A DNA stretch of 64,000 nt from a virus: positions 41,345 to 105,344 of IMG/VR virus record IMGVR_UViG_3300045988_100778, one strand, 5' to 3'. A program made the translations under genes and the position numbers. The notes beneath the pieces were generated by a model, which worked only from the letters and a program-made list of their open reading frames with translations, was not told the origin of the DNA and did no database searches. Shown here piece after piece: positions 1 to 8,827 of the stretch (positions are counted from its first letter, which is position 1; each line of letters starts with the position of its first letter).

Positions 1-2061
1 TACAATGCGGTAGACAATATCATAGAGAGACTGCCGGAAAGGGCGCTTAACCAGTTGTTGGAAGGATATGGAAACGACGTTGATACCATGCTTAGGGAAA
101 TGGTGCATCAGTCGGAAAAGGCGCTGTATCTGGGTCGGACGCTGGATTCAGAAAGTTTATCCTATGTGGATAACGTGAAAGCCTCTATGGACAATACGCT
201 TAAAATATTGTCCCTCAATTATTTCATAACAACCATGTTGCCTAAATTCCGGTTAGGGTGGCGTAATATAGAGTGGGGAAATCTCACTCAATTATACCCG
301 TGGAGTTGTTATTTATGCGCCCGGGCGAGTGGCAAGTGCATGAGTGCTGATACATTGGTTGTAATGTATGATGGGGCTTTGAAGAAGATTCAAGATATAG
401 AAGTTGGTGATAAAGTGATGGGTGTTGATTCAACACCGCGTACAGTGCTGCAATTACATAAAGGTGTTGCACCTATGTATAAAGTGAGACAGTCCAAAGG
501 AATGACTTATGAAGTGAATGAAGGACACTTGCTTTGCTGTTATTATAACGGTTATTTCATTGATGTAGAAGTAGATGCTGTATGTAGACAACAGAAAGAT
601 ATAAGAAAGTTGTTTCTGGGATATAAAGTCAAGAATATAGGGAAAGGAACACCAGAATTTGATTATTCTTCATTGAAGATTGAACCTATTGGAGAGGGGG
701 AATATTATGGTTTTGCGTGCGATGGAGACCATAAGTTTTTATTGGAGGATGGGACGGTTGTACATAACAGTTATCAATGGTCTTATGCCTTTATTCTGTG
801 GCGTTTATGGTCCTACACAAGACCGACTGCATATAGACAAGACACGGTAGACAATGCCAACCGGAAAGAAACATGCTATATTACCAATACTTTTACACTG
901 GCAAAGGTGCAGATAGCGAAAGTGACGGAAGAGATAGAGGCGAACGACTTAATAAAGGAAAAACTGAACCCTTATAATAAGGCTTCAATCGGAGAAACAG
1001 CCATAAAGACGGAAACGGGGAGTACGCTGCATGTACGCGGTAAGGATTCAATGATTCGCGGTCTGCATGTGGGGGCTTGCTTGTGTGACGATATGCCGGA
1101 TGAAAGCTCCCTATATTCGGACGAACAAAGAGAGAAATTGAAAGAACTTCTGAAAGGTACTATAGAACCGATTGTAGAGCCATACGGTTACTTTCTTGTA
1201 ACTGGTACGCCTTATTCTTCTGCACCGAATGAATTGTACCAGATATTGAAGGCAGACAAGCGTTTCTATTGTTTTGAATATCCGATATTGTTTCCGGATG
1301 GCAGACCGTTGGCACCAGACAGATACACGTTTGAACAGATATTGGCGAAAAAGGAAGAACTTGGAACGATTGTGTTCAACCGTGAATACTTGGTGGTTCC
1401 TATCAGTGACACGTCAACGATATTTCCGTATGAATATCTGATGCGTAGCGTTATAGGAATGGAAACGATACGTTTTGCGTCAAGTATAGACGATTTTCCT
1501 TTCAAGCTTACAAGGGTACATATAGGTGTGGACTTTGCGGTTTCCGGTAATATTGGAGCGGACTATACAGTGTATTCGGTATGGGGCAAAGATGCGATGG
1601 ATAACTACTATTTGTTGTACTATTACCGGAAGCGCGGTATGTCGCATAACGAACAGGTGGATAAGATTGTACAGCTTGACCGACTTTTCCACCCCAATAA
1701 GATACGGTGTGAGGCAAACGGTTTCCAGTCCATATTGTCCGGACTGGCAAAGGAAAGAGGGCTTAAGAATATAGAACCATTTACGACAACGGAAGGAAAC
1801 AAGAAAGATTTGTATACTGGACTACCTTCTTTGTCCGCAATGTTTGAAAGAGGACAGATAAAATGCCCCTATGCGATAGGAGAAACGAGGCAGGCGGTTG
1901 ACTTGATGTTCGGTGAATTTTCTTCTATTACATTTAGAAGTGATAACGGGAAATTGGAGGCGGCAAGTGGTCACGATGACGTGGTAATGTCGTCGTTCAT
2001 TTCCTTAAATAGCTTACGCGAAGACGATAAAGAAGTACAAGTAAGTGTAGAATTAATATAA
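1..2061 (+). CDS. terL: Terminase large subunit (5' end runs off the window), interrupted by a mini-intein
   Basis: The frame is open from nt 1; the track start at 55 is an internal TTG. After conceptual intein removal the P-loop reads CARASGK-S. A Walker-B-like LCDDMPDE lies downstream. C-terminal RNase-H-fold nuclease motifs are present (HIGVDFAVSG, GHDDVVMS). Confidence 0.85.
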   Translation, partial: YNAVDNIIERLPERALNQLLEGYGNDVDTMLREMVHQSEKALYLGRTLDSESLSYVDNVKASMDNTLKILSLNYFITTMLPKFRLGWRNIEWGNLTQLYPWSCYLCARASGKCMSADTLVVMYDGALKKIQDIEVGDKVMGVDSTPRTVLQLHKGVAPMYKVRQSKGMTYEVNEGHLLCCYYNGYFIDVEVDAVCRQQKDIRKLFLGYKVKNIGKGTPEFDYSSLKIEPIGEGEYYGFACDGDHKFLLEDGTVVHNSYQWSYAFILWRLWSYTRPTAYRQDTVDNANRKETCYITNTFTLAKVQIAKVTEEIEANDLIKEKLNPYNKASIGETAIKTETGSTLHVRGKDSMIRGLHVGACLCDDMPDESSLYSDEQREKLKELLKGTIEPIVEPYGYFLVTGTPYSSAPNELYQILKADKRFYCFEYPILFPDGRPLAPDRYTFEQILAKKEELGTIVFNREYLVVPISDTSTIFPYEYLMRSVIGMETIRFASSIDDFPFKLTRVHIGVDFAVSGNIGADYTVYSVWGKDAMDNYYLLYYYRKRGMSHNEQVDKIVQLDRLFHPNKIRCEANGFQSILSGLAKERGLKNIEPFTTTEGNKKDLYTGLPSLSAMFERGQIKCPYAIGETRQAVDLMFGEFSSITFRSDNGKLEAASGHDDVVMSSFISLNSLREDDKEVQVSVELI
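337..768 (+). other. 144-aa mini-intein (Hint domain, no homing-endonuclease domain) inserted in the TerL Walker A motif
   Basis: It starts with Cys (GK|CMSADTLVVMYDG) and ends VVHN|S. It has a block B-like NEGH, a block F-like YYGFACDGDHKFLL and a block G VVHNS. The flanking exteins rejoin to GKS. Confidence 0.8.
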
Positions 2062-2172
2062 TGTTAATTATATGTTAAAAGCACATAAGCACTTGCGTAT
2101 GTCATAACATAATCTTATCTTTGTAATGTGAGAAAGAGATAAACGAAGTCAAACAAATAAAAAGATAAGAAA
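2061..2172 (+). promoter_or_regulatory. Conserved promoter/leader cassette, copy 1
   Basis: Reads ATGTTAAttatATGTTAAAAgCACATAAGCAC-TTGC(2093-2096)-N19-TATCTTTG(2116-2123), followed by the conserved leader GTGAGA..GAAGTCAAACAA..AAAAGATAA and then the ATG at 2173. The element is near-identical to five other loci in the window. Confidence 0.75.
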
Positions 2173-2496
2173 ATGGAAAACGATATTAAGGTTCTCAAAG
2201 AGTTGTACAAGTTCATTTGTGTTAGTGAAGGTATCAAGGCAATTGCATTGAAGTTCTGTAAAGTTGGAAGGGGCGGTGCTTGTTGTTCTTATGTGGCTAA
2301 CAAACCGAAATCAATCTCTATTGACTTGAATAGAATCAATGTCGGTTCTGCCTATGCTTTGTGCCATGAAGTAGCGCATCAGATTTGCATTGCAAATGAA
2401 GGTAATGCAACACATAATGCAAAGTTCAAAAAGATGGAAAAGGAATTGGTTAAGAAGTATGCCAATTGCACTATTGCAAGAAATTTAATTTGGTAA
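2173..2496 (+). CDS. Small protein with an HExxH (CHEVAHQ) zinc-metallopeptidase-like motif
   Basis: It is the first ORF after promoter cassette 1. The only functional hint is an HEVAH motif followed by a further His (ATHNAKF). Confidence 0.45.
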   Translation: MENDIKVLKELYKFICVSEGIKAIALKFCKVGRGGACCSYVANKPKSISIDLNRINVGSAYALCHEVAHQICIANEGNATHNAKFKKMEKELVKKYANCTIARNLIW

Positions 2497-2514
2497 TGAA
2501 GGGAGGATAAGGTT

Positions 2515-2730
2515 ATGATTACTGATAGAAAGAAAGCCCCGGCATGTTTGAGATACAATGTCAACAATAATTCCGGTTCAATCAACAAGGAATTTGGTAA
2601 AGACCAGCAAGCAGCATATGATTTTGCAAGCCAAATGAATGAAACAGCAATAATTAGAGGATATATGTTCGTGAAACATAAAGGTGAATGGGTAAGAAAT
2701 ACGATTTTTATAGACCATGTTTTTAAATAA
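2515..2730 (+). CDS. Hypothetical protein (71 aa)
   Basis: The ORF has GGGAGGA about 9 nt upstream of the ATG. Confidence 0.55.
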   Translation: MITDRKKAPACLRYNVNNNSGSINKEFGKDQQAAYDFASQMNETAIIRGYMFVKHKGEWVRNTIFIDHVFK

Positions 2731-2747
2731 AGAAGGAGGATAATGTT

Positions 2748-3032
2748 ATGAAAAAGGATTTGGTAAAGACGGCTTTAGGATATAGATGTTTTCTATCTAT
2801 TGAGGAAATTGAAGTAACAGACCCTAAAGATAAGAAGGAATGTAAGATACTTGAAGAATTTAACGATTCTACAACTATTAAGAAAATAGCATTGAAGTAT
2901 ACCGACAACAAGCTGTTCCACGAGATAACAAACCGATTGATTGAACTTGATAAGGTGGATTTGACAGAAGAAGAACATGCAGAAAGACAGGCGTTAATTA
3001 CATTGTCTCAATATTTTAGAGTTAAGTTTTGA
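2748..3032 (+). CDS. Hypothetical protein (94 aa)
   Basis: The ORF has AAGGAGGA about 8 nt upstream of the ATG. Confidence 0.55.
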   Translation: MKKDLVKTALGYRCFLSIEEIEVTDPKDKKECKILEEFNDSTTIKKIALKYTDNKLFHEITNRLIELDKVDLTEEEHAERQALITLSQYFRVKF

Positions 3033-3082
3033 TTTAACCGATTAATAGCGTATATTTGTAACGTATATAACATTTTGTGATT

Positions 3083-3421
3083 ATGGAGGATAAGATAATT
3101 AAGATTAAGGGACATGAATATAAGATGTCCTTCCCTACAGTAGGACAATATTACGAGATTGAAACGCAAAAGCAGTTTTTAGGTCGTGGATATTATAATA
3201 CCTTGCTGGGAAACAGAACGCAGGCTGCGGCTGACGCTTTGGATATGATAGATATTGAAGCGACGCTTACAGTAATGTTGCCCGATTTGCTGGCAGATAT
3301 GAAGGTAACTTCTTTCAAACAGCTTGGTATCAAGGACTACGTGGAGGTAAGGGATATTTACAATAAGGAGGTTTTGCCTTTTATTAAGGAAGTTGAAAAA
3401 ATGATGAACCCCAACCGATAA
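3083..3421 (+). CDS. Possible tail assembly chaperone-like protein
   Basis: The ATG at 3083 is preferred over the GTG at 3077. It is about 112 aa and lies upstream of the tape-measure-like gene. The N-terminal pattern IKIKGHEYKMSFPTVGQYYEIE resembles phage TAC families. The call is positional and pattern-based only. Confidence 0.3.
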   Translation: MEDKIIKIKGHEYKMSFPTVGQYYEIETQKQFLGRGYYNTLLGNRTQAAADALDMIDIEATLTVMLPDLLADMKVTSFKQLGIKDYVEVRDIYNKEVLPFIKEVEKMMNPNR

Positions 3422-3474
3422 GAGTATTCGAGCGAGAATCACTATAGTTTGAATGTTTAGTTATTCAGAGGAGT

Positions 3475-3514
3475 GTGGGGGTATAGTCTGTTATGGGTTA
3501 TACCCCCACTTTTG
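3475..3514 (+). terminator. Rho-independent terminator-like hairpin
   Basis: An 11-bp perfect stem GTGGGGGTATA(3475-3485)/TATACCCCCAC(3499-3509) is followed by TTTTGATTGATTTTG. Confidence 0.7.
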
Positions 3515-3525
3515 ATTGATTTTGT

Positions 3526-3894
3526 ATGATGGAGCGAGATAAAAAGGAAGATTTCAGAACGTTTGTAGTCAGATGGAATAACAAGTTTCCGCTTGACAGA
3601 TGGTATAGAAAGAAACATAACATTGCTTTCATGTCCGAGGAACACAAGAAATGTTCTTTTTTTCAACAACTTTTCGAGTTCGAGGAAGACCGGATGTTCA
3701 AGCAGGCTTTGGAGGACGAGGAAAAGAAAGTTGAATACGTTCCGAATATCGGTGAATGGCTGAAAGATTCCTATGATGAAATGGTGGACCAGGAAACCGA
3801 TACCAAGGAGATAACGCAAAGTCAGATTGAGGCTTTCCGTGAAGAAATGGCGCGGATGGCTGAATACGAGGAAAGCCAAAAAGATAAGGAATAA
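3526..3894 (+). CDS. Hypothetical protein (122 aa), acidic C-terminus
   Basis: The ORF lies directly upstream of the tape-measure-like gene, and its stop overlaps the next ATG. Confidence 0.55.
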   Translation: MMERDKKEDFRTFVVRWNNKFPLDRWYRKKHNIAFMSEEHKKCSFFQQLFEFEEDRMFKQALEDEEKKVEYVPNIGEWLKDSYDEMVDQETDTKEITQSQIEAFREEMARMAEYEESQKDKE

Positions 3895-6668
3895 TGGCAG
3901 AGGATAAGAGGATTAGGATTGCGGCCGATACCACACCGCTAAGACAGTTGAGAGAAGAAGCGGTTTCTTTGTACCGCGAGATAAACCAGACTTCCATGCA
4001 GAGCGCACAGGAAGCCGAGAAAAGCATTTCACAGCTACGGGAACAACTTGCATTGATGGAAGACCGTAACGAGCTTGAAAGACTGTTGCTGGACCTTAAA
4101 AGACAGTCTGCCGCCATTGATGCAACCACAATGCAAAAACCGTCTCCGATGCCGGAAAGACCGATAAGGAGACAGCCGCCTACAGAAGAACTTCCAAGAC
4201 CGGAACAACCTACCATAGACCCCGAAACCGGGTCTATTACATGGGACGTATCGCCAAGAAGAAAAGAGGAACCCGTACAGCCGGAACCAAGACTGGAAAC
4301 GGATGTAGAAGAACCGGAAGAAAAACCAGCACCAAGAAGAAGGAGAAGGAAAGTCCAGGAACCTATACCGGACGTTGAACCCATCATAGACGAGGAAACG
4401 GGTTCTATGACATGGGACTTGACACGGAAACCGCAAAGGGAAAGAGTTACCCCTATAGAAAGAGGTGTAGAAAGAGAAGAACCGACAACAAAGGAAACGC
4501 AGAAGGAAATATTAAGGGAAATAAACAGACACGTCGAAAATATAGATGAATCCGTTACGAACGTTGACAATTCCAAGAACTTCCAGGACAACAGTGAAAA
4601 CAGAACGGACAACTCACGGCATACGGAGAATATAACCGAGAATGTTGTAAATATTGAAAAGAATACCCAGACAATAACGGAGAATACAACCGCTATAAGG
4701 GAAAAGGGGAATTTGGAGGTCGTTTCAGAACAACCGAACAGACCTCTATTAAGGGAAGACGATAGAATACAGAGAAGACCGGAAATAACGGATAACGGAC
4801 AGACGGAAATCAAGTTTTCCGACGAGGGGATAATACGTGCTATTACAAGACTGGGAGTGGTAACGGATAATATAGGACGTGATGTCATTTCCGCTTTAAG
4901 AGGACTTGAAAAAGGAACGGGCGAGGAAAACCAAAGAACCAGTATTACCCGTTACCTGGAAACTATTGCAAATTCCGTATCTGTTATAGAAGACAGTGCA
5001 GAAAACATATTAGAAGAAATACAGAAAGCCGTTTCCGGTTCGGGTTTCGGAGGTGGAACAGGGACACCTGGCGGCATTGTACCACCTACTGGAAGTACAG
5101 GTGGAATAGGAGGAGGACTAAATATATTCGGAGGAGGATTAAAAGGAATATTGGGCGGCCTGGGAGGTTTAGCGGCATTCAATACCGCTAAAAACGTATT
5201 GTCCGAGAGATATTTCAGAAACCAGGAATTCGAGGCAAGGTCGCAATACCAGGGAACCGTGGAGACTGCCGCAAATTATACACGATTGCAAGCCGCTAAC
5301 CAGGCAGACGCTTATAGATGGATTCCTTTAGTTGGAGATGTGATTGCAAAAAGTATAGAATTGCCAGCACAGCTTGCAGCAGAAAAGATGATGGCAACTT
5401 TCGGGAAATACGCGGAAGGCGAAAGACGTGTTATCCCGTATGCACAGGTTATGGGTGTATCAGCCGGGGAAGCGTTCAGACAAGCCGGAAGGGAAGGAAG
5501 TTATGCAGCCGAATCACTTGGTATGGATTACGCTTCATACCTTGGAAGACGTGCCGAATTGATACGTGCAGGAGGAGGACGTTTTGTTGGTGGCAATGAA
5601 TACGACCCGTATGCAGTAAGGGAAACGCAGTCCGTCATGGCTGCCGAAAGACTGTTCGGATTGTCACCTAATGCAGTCAACCGTTTGCAGGGAGCAATGA
5701 GGTTCGGAGACCAGAATTCGGGTACCGGGGCTTCTGCGATTATCAGAGAGTTCGAGCAGGCAATGAAAAATTTAGGCATTCCGTTCGAGCAGATAGCCTC
5801 TACAATGGAAGAAAGTTTAGATACTTTCATTACACAGTCGGACCAGATTCTTTCCAAACGTGGTGATTTTGATGCAAGACAGCTTGCAGCGATGTTTAGC
5901 GGAATACGCCAGGCAACCGGATTGCAGGGAAGACAGCTTGAAAGGGTACAGCAAGCATTTACCGGACAAGGAATGTCAAAAGACGAGGTGACGAATGCAA
6001 TGCTTGTACGGTCTATCCAGGAAGTTATGCCAGACAAAACATCCTATTCGGAAATTCAAGAAGAATTGGAAAAGATACGTGCAGGGGCAGCAAACCCCGA
6101 AGTTATGGAAAACTTTTTGAATAGGGTTGTAGAACGTACTGGGGGAGGTTCTGAACAGTTACGTTTGGCAATGTCCGAAATATTCCCTAATTTGTCCTGG
6201 AATGACATTAATTCTACGATACAAAAGGATAGTGACCCGTCTAAGCTTGTAAGCAATCTGTTTGACTTGTATAAACAGGCAAGTCAAAGGATTAAGGAAA
6301 CGCCCGCAGAAGCTTATGACAGGGGTGCAGCACGGAGGACTGTAGGTGCTGGGGAAACCATTTTGGCAGGTGATATGAATCGCCAGATGTCGGAAGGTGC
6401 AAAACAATTGAAAGAGATTGTTAGATTGTTGACTAATATTGACAATAATACGAAAGAAAAAGAGAAACCCGTAGAATCCGGTCCGGTTACGCGGTCTATG
6501 GTATCGGGTGGAGCAGGTCTTGTAAATGCGGAAAATGTTAGTTCGGGGGTTGAAGCTGGCAGAATGTTGTCACAATGGTTTAAGCGCGTTTTGGATGATT
6601 GGGCAAGGGAAAGAGTTGGTAATATGGCGGTTTCAGAAGCAAATAAAGTGATACAGCAAGAACGATGA
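3894..6668 (+). CDS. Putative tape measure protein
   Basis: It is 924 aa with a coiled-coil-like N-terminus and internal Pro/Glu/Arg-rich repeats. It has a Gly-rich hydrophobic segment (GGTGTPGGIVPPTGSTGGIGGGLNIFGGGLKGILGGLGGLAAF). It sits upstream of the baseplate genes. Confidence 0.5.
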   Translation: MAEDKRIRIAADTTPLRQLREEAVSLYREINQTSMQSAQEAEKSISQLREQLALMEDRNELERLLLDLKRQSAAIDATTMQKPSPMPERPIRRQPPTEELPRPEQPTIDPETGSITWDVSPRRKEEPVQPEPRLETDVEEPEEKPAPRRRRRKVQEPIPDVEPIIDEETGSMTWDLTRKPQRERVTPIERGVEREEPTTKETQKEILREINRHVENIDESVTNVDNSKNFQDNSENRTDNSRHTENITENVVNIEKNTQTITENTTAIREKGNLEVVSEQPNRPLLREDDRIQRRPEITDNGQTEIKFSDEGIIRAITRLGVVTDNIGRDVISALRGLEKGTGEENQRTSITRYLETIANSVSVIEDSAENILEEIQKAVSGSGFGGGTGTPGGIVPPTGSTGGIGGGLNIFGGGLKGILGGLGGLAAFNTAKNVLSERYFRNQEFEARSQYQGTVETAANYTRLQAANQADAYRWIPLVGDVIAKSIELPAQLAAEKMMATFGKYAEGERRVIPYAQVMGVSAGEAFRQAGREGSYAAESLGMDYASYLGRRAELIRAGGGRFVGGNEYDPYAVRETQSVMAAERLFGLSPNAVNRLQGAMRFGDQNSGTGASAIIREFEQAMKNLGIPFEQIASTMEESLDTFITQSDQILSKRGDFDARQLAAMFSGIRQATGLQGRQLERVQQAFTGQGMSKDEVTNAMLVRSIQEVMPDKTSYSEIQEELEKIRAGAANPEVMENFLNRVVERTGGGSEQLRLAMSEIFPNLSWNDINSTIQKDSDPSKLVSNLFDLYKQASQRIKETPAEAYDRGAARRTVGAGETILAGDMNRQMSEGAKQLKEIVRLLTNIDNNTKEKEKPVESGPVTRSMVSGGAGLVNAENVSSGVEAGRMLSQWFKRVLDDWARERVGNMAVSEANKVIQQER

Positions 6669-8827
6669 AAGTAAATATATTTAACATACAGAGTTATAAG
6701 TACAACGTAGAACCCCAAACGTTTATAGACGATTGGCAAAAGGGACTGGGTCCAGATACACCGGAAGCAAAGAAATTGTCGGTTCCGGAATTTATGGACG
6801 TGGTAAACGAGATTTCCAAAATTTCAAATCTGGATGCTATCTGGGCCACATATGACGATTGGGAGAAAGAGAAGTACAAGAACGAGTATTCTAATAAGGA
6901 TTTGCCGTATATCAAGCCGAATACCCCTCTTTCTTTTCCGATAAAGGATTCTCCTTTGCTTATACAAAAAGCGTCAAAGAGCGACATGTTCATGAAGCAA
7001 CGCGATTTTTCGGCTTATTGGTCTGAAAATTTGACAAAGCTTCTACAGGATAAGGAAGGATATGTAGCGGACAATGTGGTTGCACTGGATGAAGAAATGT
7101 CAGTAAGGACAAAAGTACAGCCTATAAACATTAAGGTGTGGATATACTGCAAGGCTATAAACAAGGTTGTGGATGTAAGCCAGTTCGTTAATACATGTTC
7201 TACCGACAAGGGGTTCAAGAACGGTACGTTTTCGATTAACATAACACCCTTTAAGGACGCTAATATGTCGAACGTGTACGGTGCAGGATATTATGATATA
7301 TTCCCGGTTGTAACACCGAAAGGATACGACTATAAATCCTATCTTGAAAAGGTAGTACAGATAAACGATATAGTGTTTATCCGGTTTGAGCGGTTGAGAC
7401 TGGAAGGAAGTTCGGACAGCGAAAATGCCAATGATTTGTTTGTACCGTTGAACAAGCTTGCCAATAATGGTCCGGACTATAATGTTTGGGACATGATAGG
7501 TTTTGTGGACAGTGTAATGGAAACCTATTCTTCGGAAGACAATTCAAAGAGTACCGTCATAAGCGGACGCGATATTGCAAAAATGTTTGTGGAGGATGGA
7601 AGCTACTTCATACCATTGGAAAACGTCAATGATACTGTACAGAACTGGTTATTAAGAAAAACAGGTGGTGTATGGAATGGACGTAATGTGTTCGGTGGTG
7701 AGTATCAATTTGTATGGAATTTGGGGTACAAAACGATAAATGAATGTATTTGGTTTATTATTAATATAATGTCTTCTATCGGATTGTGTAGTGATGAAGT
7801 TTTTTCTTCATGGGGTGACAAGCGGATAACGGCATACAGTATTCCGGGACAGCAGGACTTGAAGGTGAGGGGAATATGGCAGATTGTCAAGCTGCAAGTG
7901 TCTGGGGATATAATGGAAAGGATTGTGACAGATACGGGGCTGGGGAACCCGAACGGAACACTGATGCAGTACATGGAACGTATTTGTCAATATCCTTTGA
8001 CAGAATTTTTCTTTGATACCTATATAAACACGATTGATGTCATTGTAAGACAGCCACCGTTTACGGAGAAGGCAATAAAAGACGCTTTCAAGTCGGAAAA
8101 CTATATTACGATAACACCGGATAATGTAATATCGTATAATTTGAGCTACGACCCACGGGTTTACACCTGGTTCCAGTTACACGCGCAGAATGCGCAGGTG
8201 GGCGGACGTGATAAACCGGGGTTGGCTTTTGTCCCTATTGTGTACCTGGAAGAATATGTGGAACGATGGGGTAACAGGAAAATGGATTTCGTGGACATGT
8301 ACTGTATTCGCATGATACAGAACGGAGCGGAAAACCAGAAGATATTTTCTACCTACCAAGCAACAATGCTGAATGACTTGATTTATCTTGTCGAAAGCAA
8401 CATGTATGTACCTTTTACCCGGTGCGGAACGATAGAGATAAACGGGGACAGACGCATAAAGGTGGGAACTTTCGTGCTGAACCAAAGTACGAACGAGTTT
8501 TTCTATGTGACGAACGTAACCAACACTATATCATTTAACCGTGACGGGGTAGACAGGCGTACCGTTTTACAGGTGGAAAGAGGATTCTATGTACCTATAC
8601 TTAAAGGAAATCTGATGGAAGCGGTAAAAAGAAACGACAATTCGGTTTCTGAAAAATCAGCGTCCGGATTTACACCCGATTACTTTAAGTTGGTGGATTT
8701 AAGCGGTTTGAGACAGAAGGCGAAGGAAGCGGAAAGCGGACAGATAACATCCTATGACAACCCGACGGTTGACAAGCAGCAGTTTGATTATTTTTTGAAC
8801 AGGAAATTTTTTGGAGGACTTGAGTAA
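6665..8827 (+). CDS. Tail/baseplate hub-region protein (function by position only)
   Basis: It is a 720-aa ORF with an ATGA overlap with the upstream gene. It lies between the TMP-like gene and the gpV-like gene. Confidence 0.35.
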   Translation: MKVNIFNIQSYKYNVEPQTFIDDWQKGLGPDTPEAKKLSVPEFMDVVNEISKISNLDAIWATYDDWEKEKYKNEYSNKDLPYIKPNTPLSFPIKDSPLLIQKASKSDMFMKQRDFSAYWSENLTKLLQDKEGYVADNVVALDEEMSVRTKVQPINIKVWIYCKAINKVVDVSQFVNTCSTDKGFKNGTFSINITPFKDANMSNVYGAGYYDIFPVVTPKGYDYKSYLEKVVQINDIVFIRFERLRLEGSSDSENANDLFVPLNKLANNGPDYNVWDMIGFVDSVMETYSSEDNSKSTVISGRDIAKMFVEDGSYFIPLENVNDTVQNWLLRKTGGVWNGRNVFGGEYQFVWNLGYKTINECIWFIINIMSSIGLCSDEVFSSWGDKRITAYSIPGQQDLKVRGIWQIVKLQVSGDIMERIVTDTGLGNPNGTLMQYMERICQYPLTEFFFDTYINTIDVIVRQPPFTEKAIKDAFKSENYITITPDNVISYNLSYDPRVYTWFQLHAQNAQVGGRDKPGLAFVPIVYLEEYVERWGNRKMDFVDMYCIRMIQNGAENQKIFSTYQATMLNDLIYLVESNMYVPFTRCGTIEINGDRRIKVGTFVLNQSTNEFFYVTNVTNTISFNRDGVDRRTVLQVERGFYVPILKGNLMEAVKRNDNSVSEKSASGFTPDYFKLVDLSGLRQKAKEAESGQITSYDNPTVDKQQFDYFLNRKFFGGLE

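Noticed and set aside
2093-2123. Reading the conserved promoter as a sigma-70 type (-35 TTGCGT, 17 nt, -10 TATCTT)
   Set aside because: This reading is not fully rejected. It also fits, and it would agree with the abundant SD sites. The TTTG immediately after TA(nn) is invariant in all six copies. Independent TAnnTTTG boxes also occur at 40893 and 63962 with TTTG/TTGT 19-21 nt upstream. Both points favour the Bacteroidota -33/-7 reading.
3698-4888. A 396-aa minus-strand ORF antisense to the tape-measure-like gene
   Set aside because: It lies entirely inside a purine-rich (GAA/AGA/CCG repeat) stretch of the + strand gene, which suppresses stop codons on the opposite strand. The product is low-complexity and Ser/Leu/Phe-rich. 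It has no start context, and every neighbouring real gene is on the + strand.
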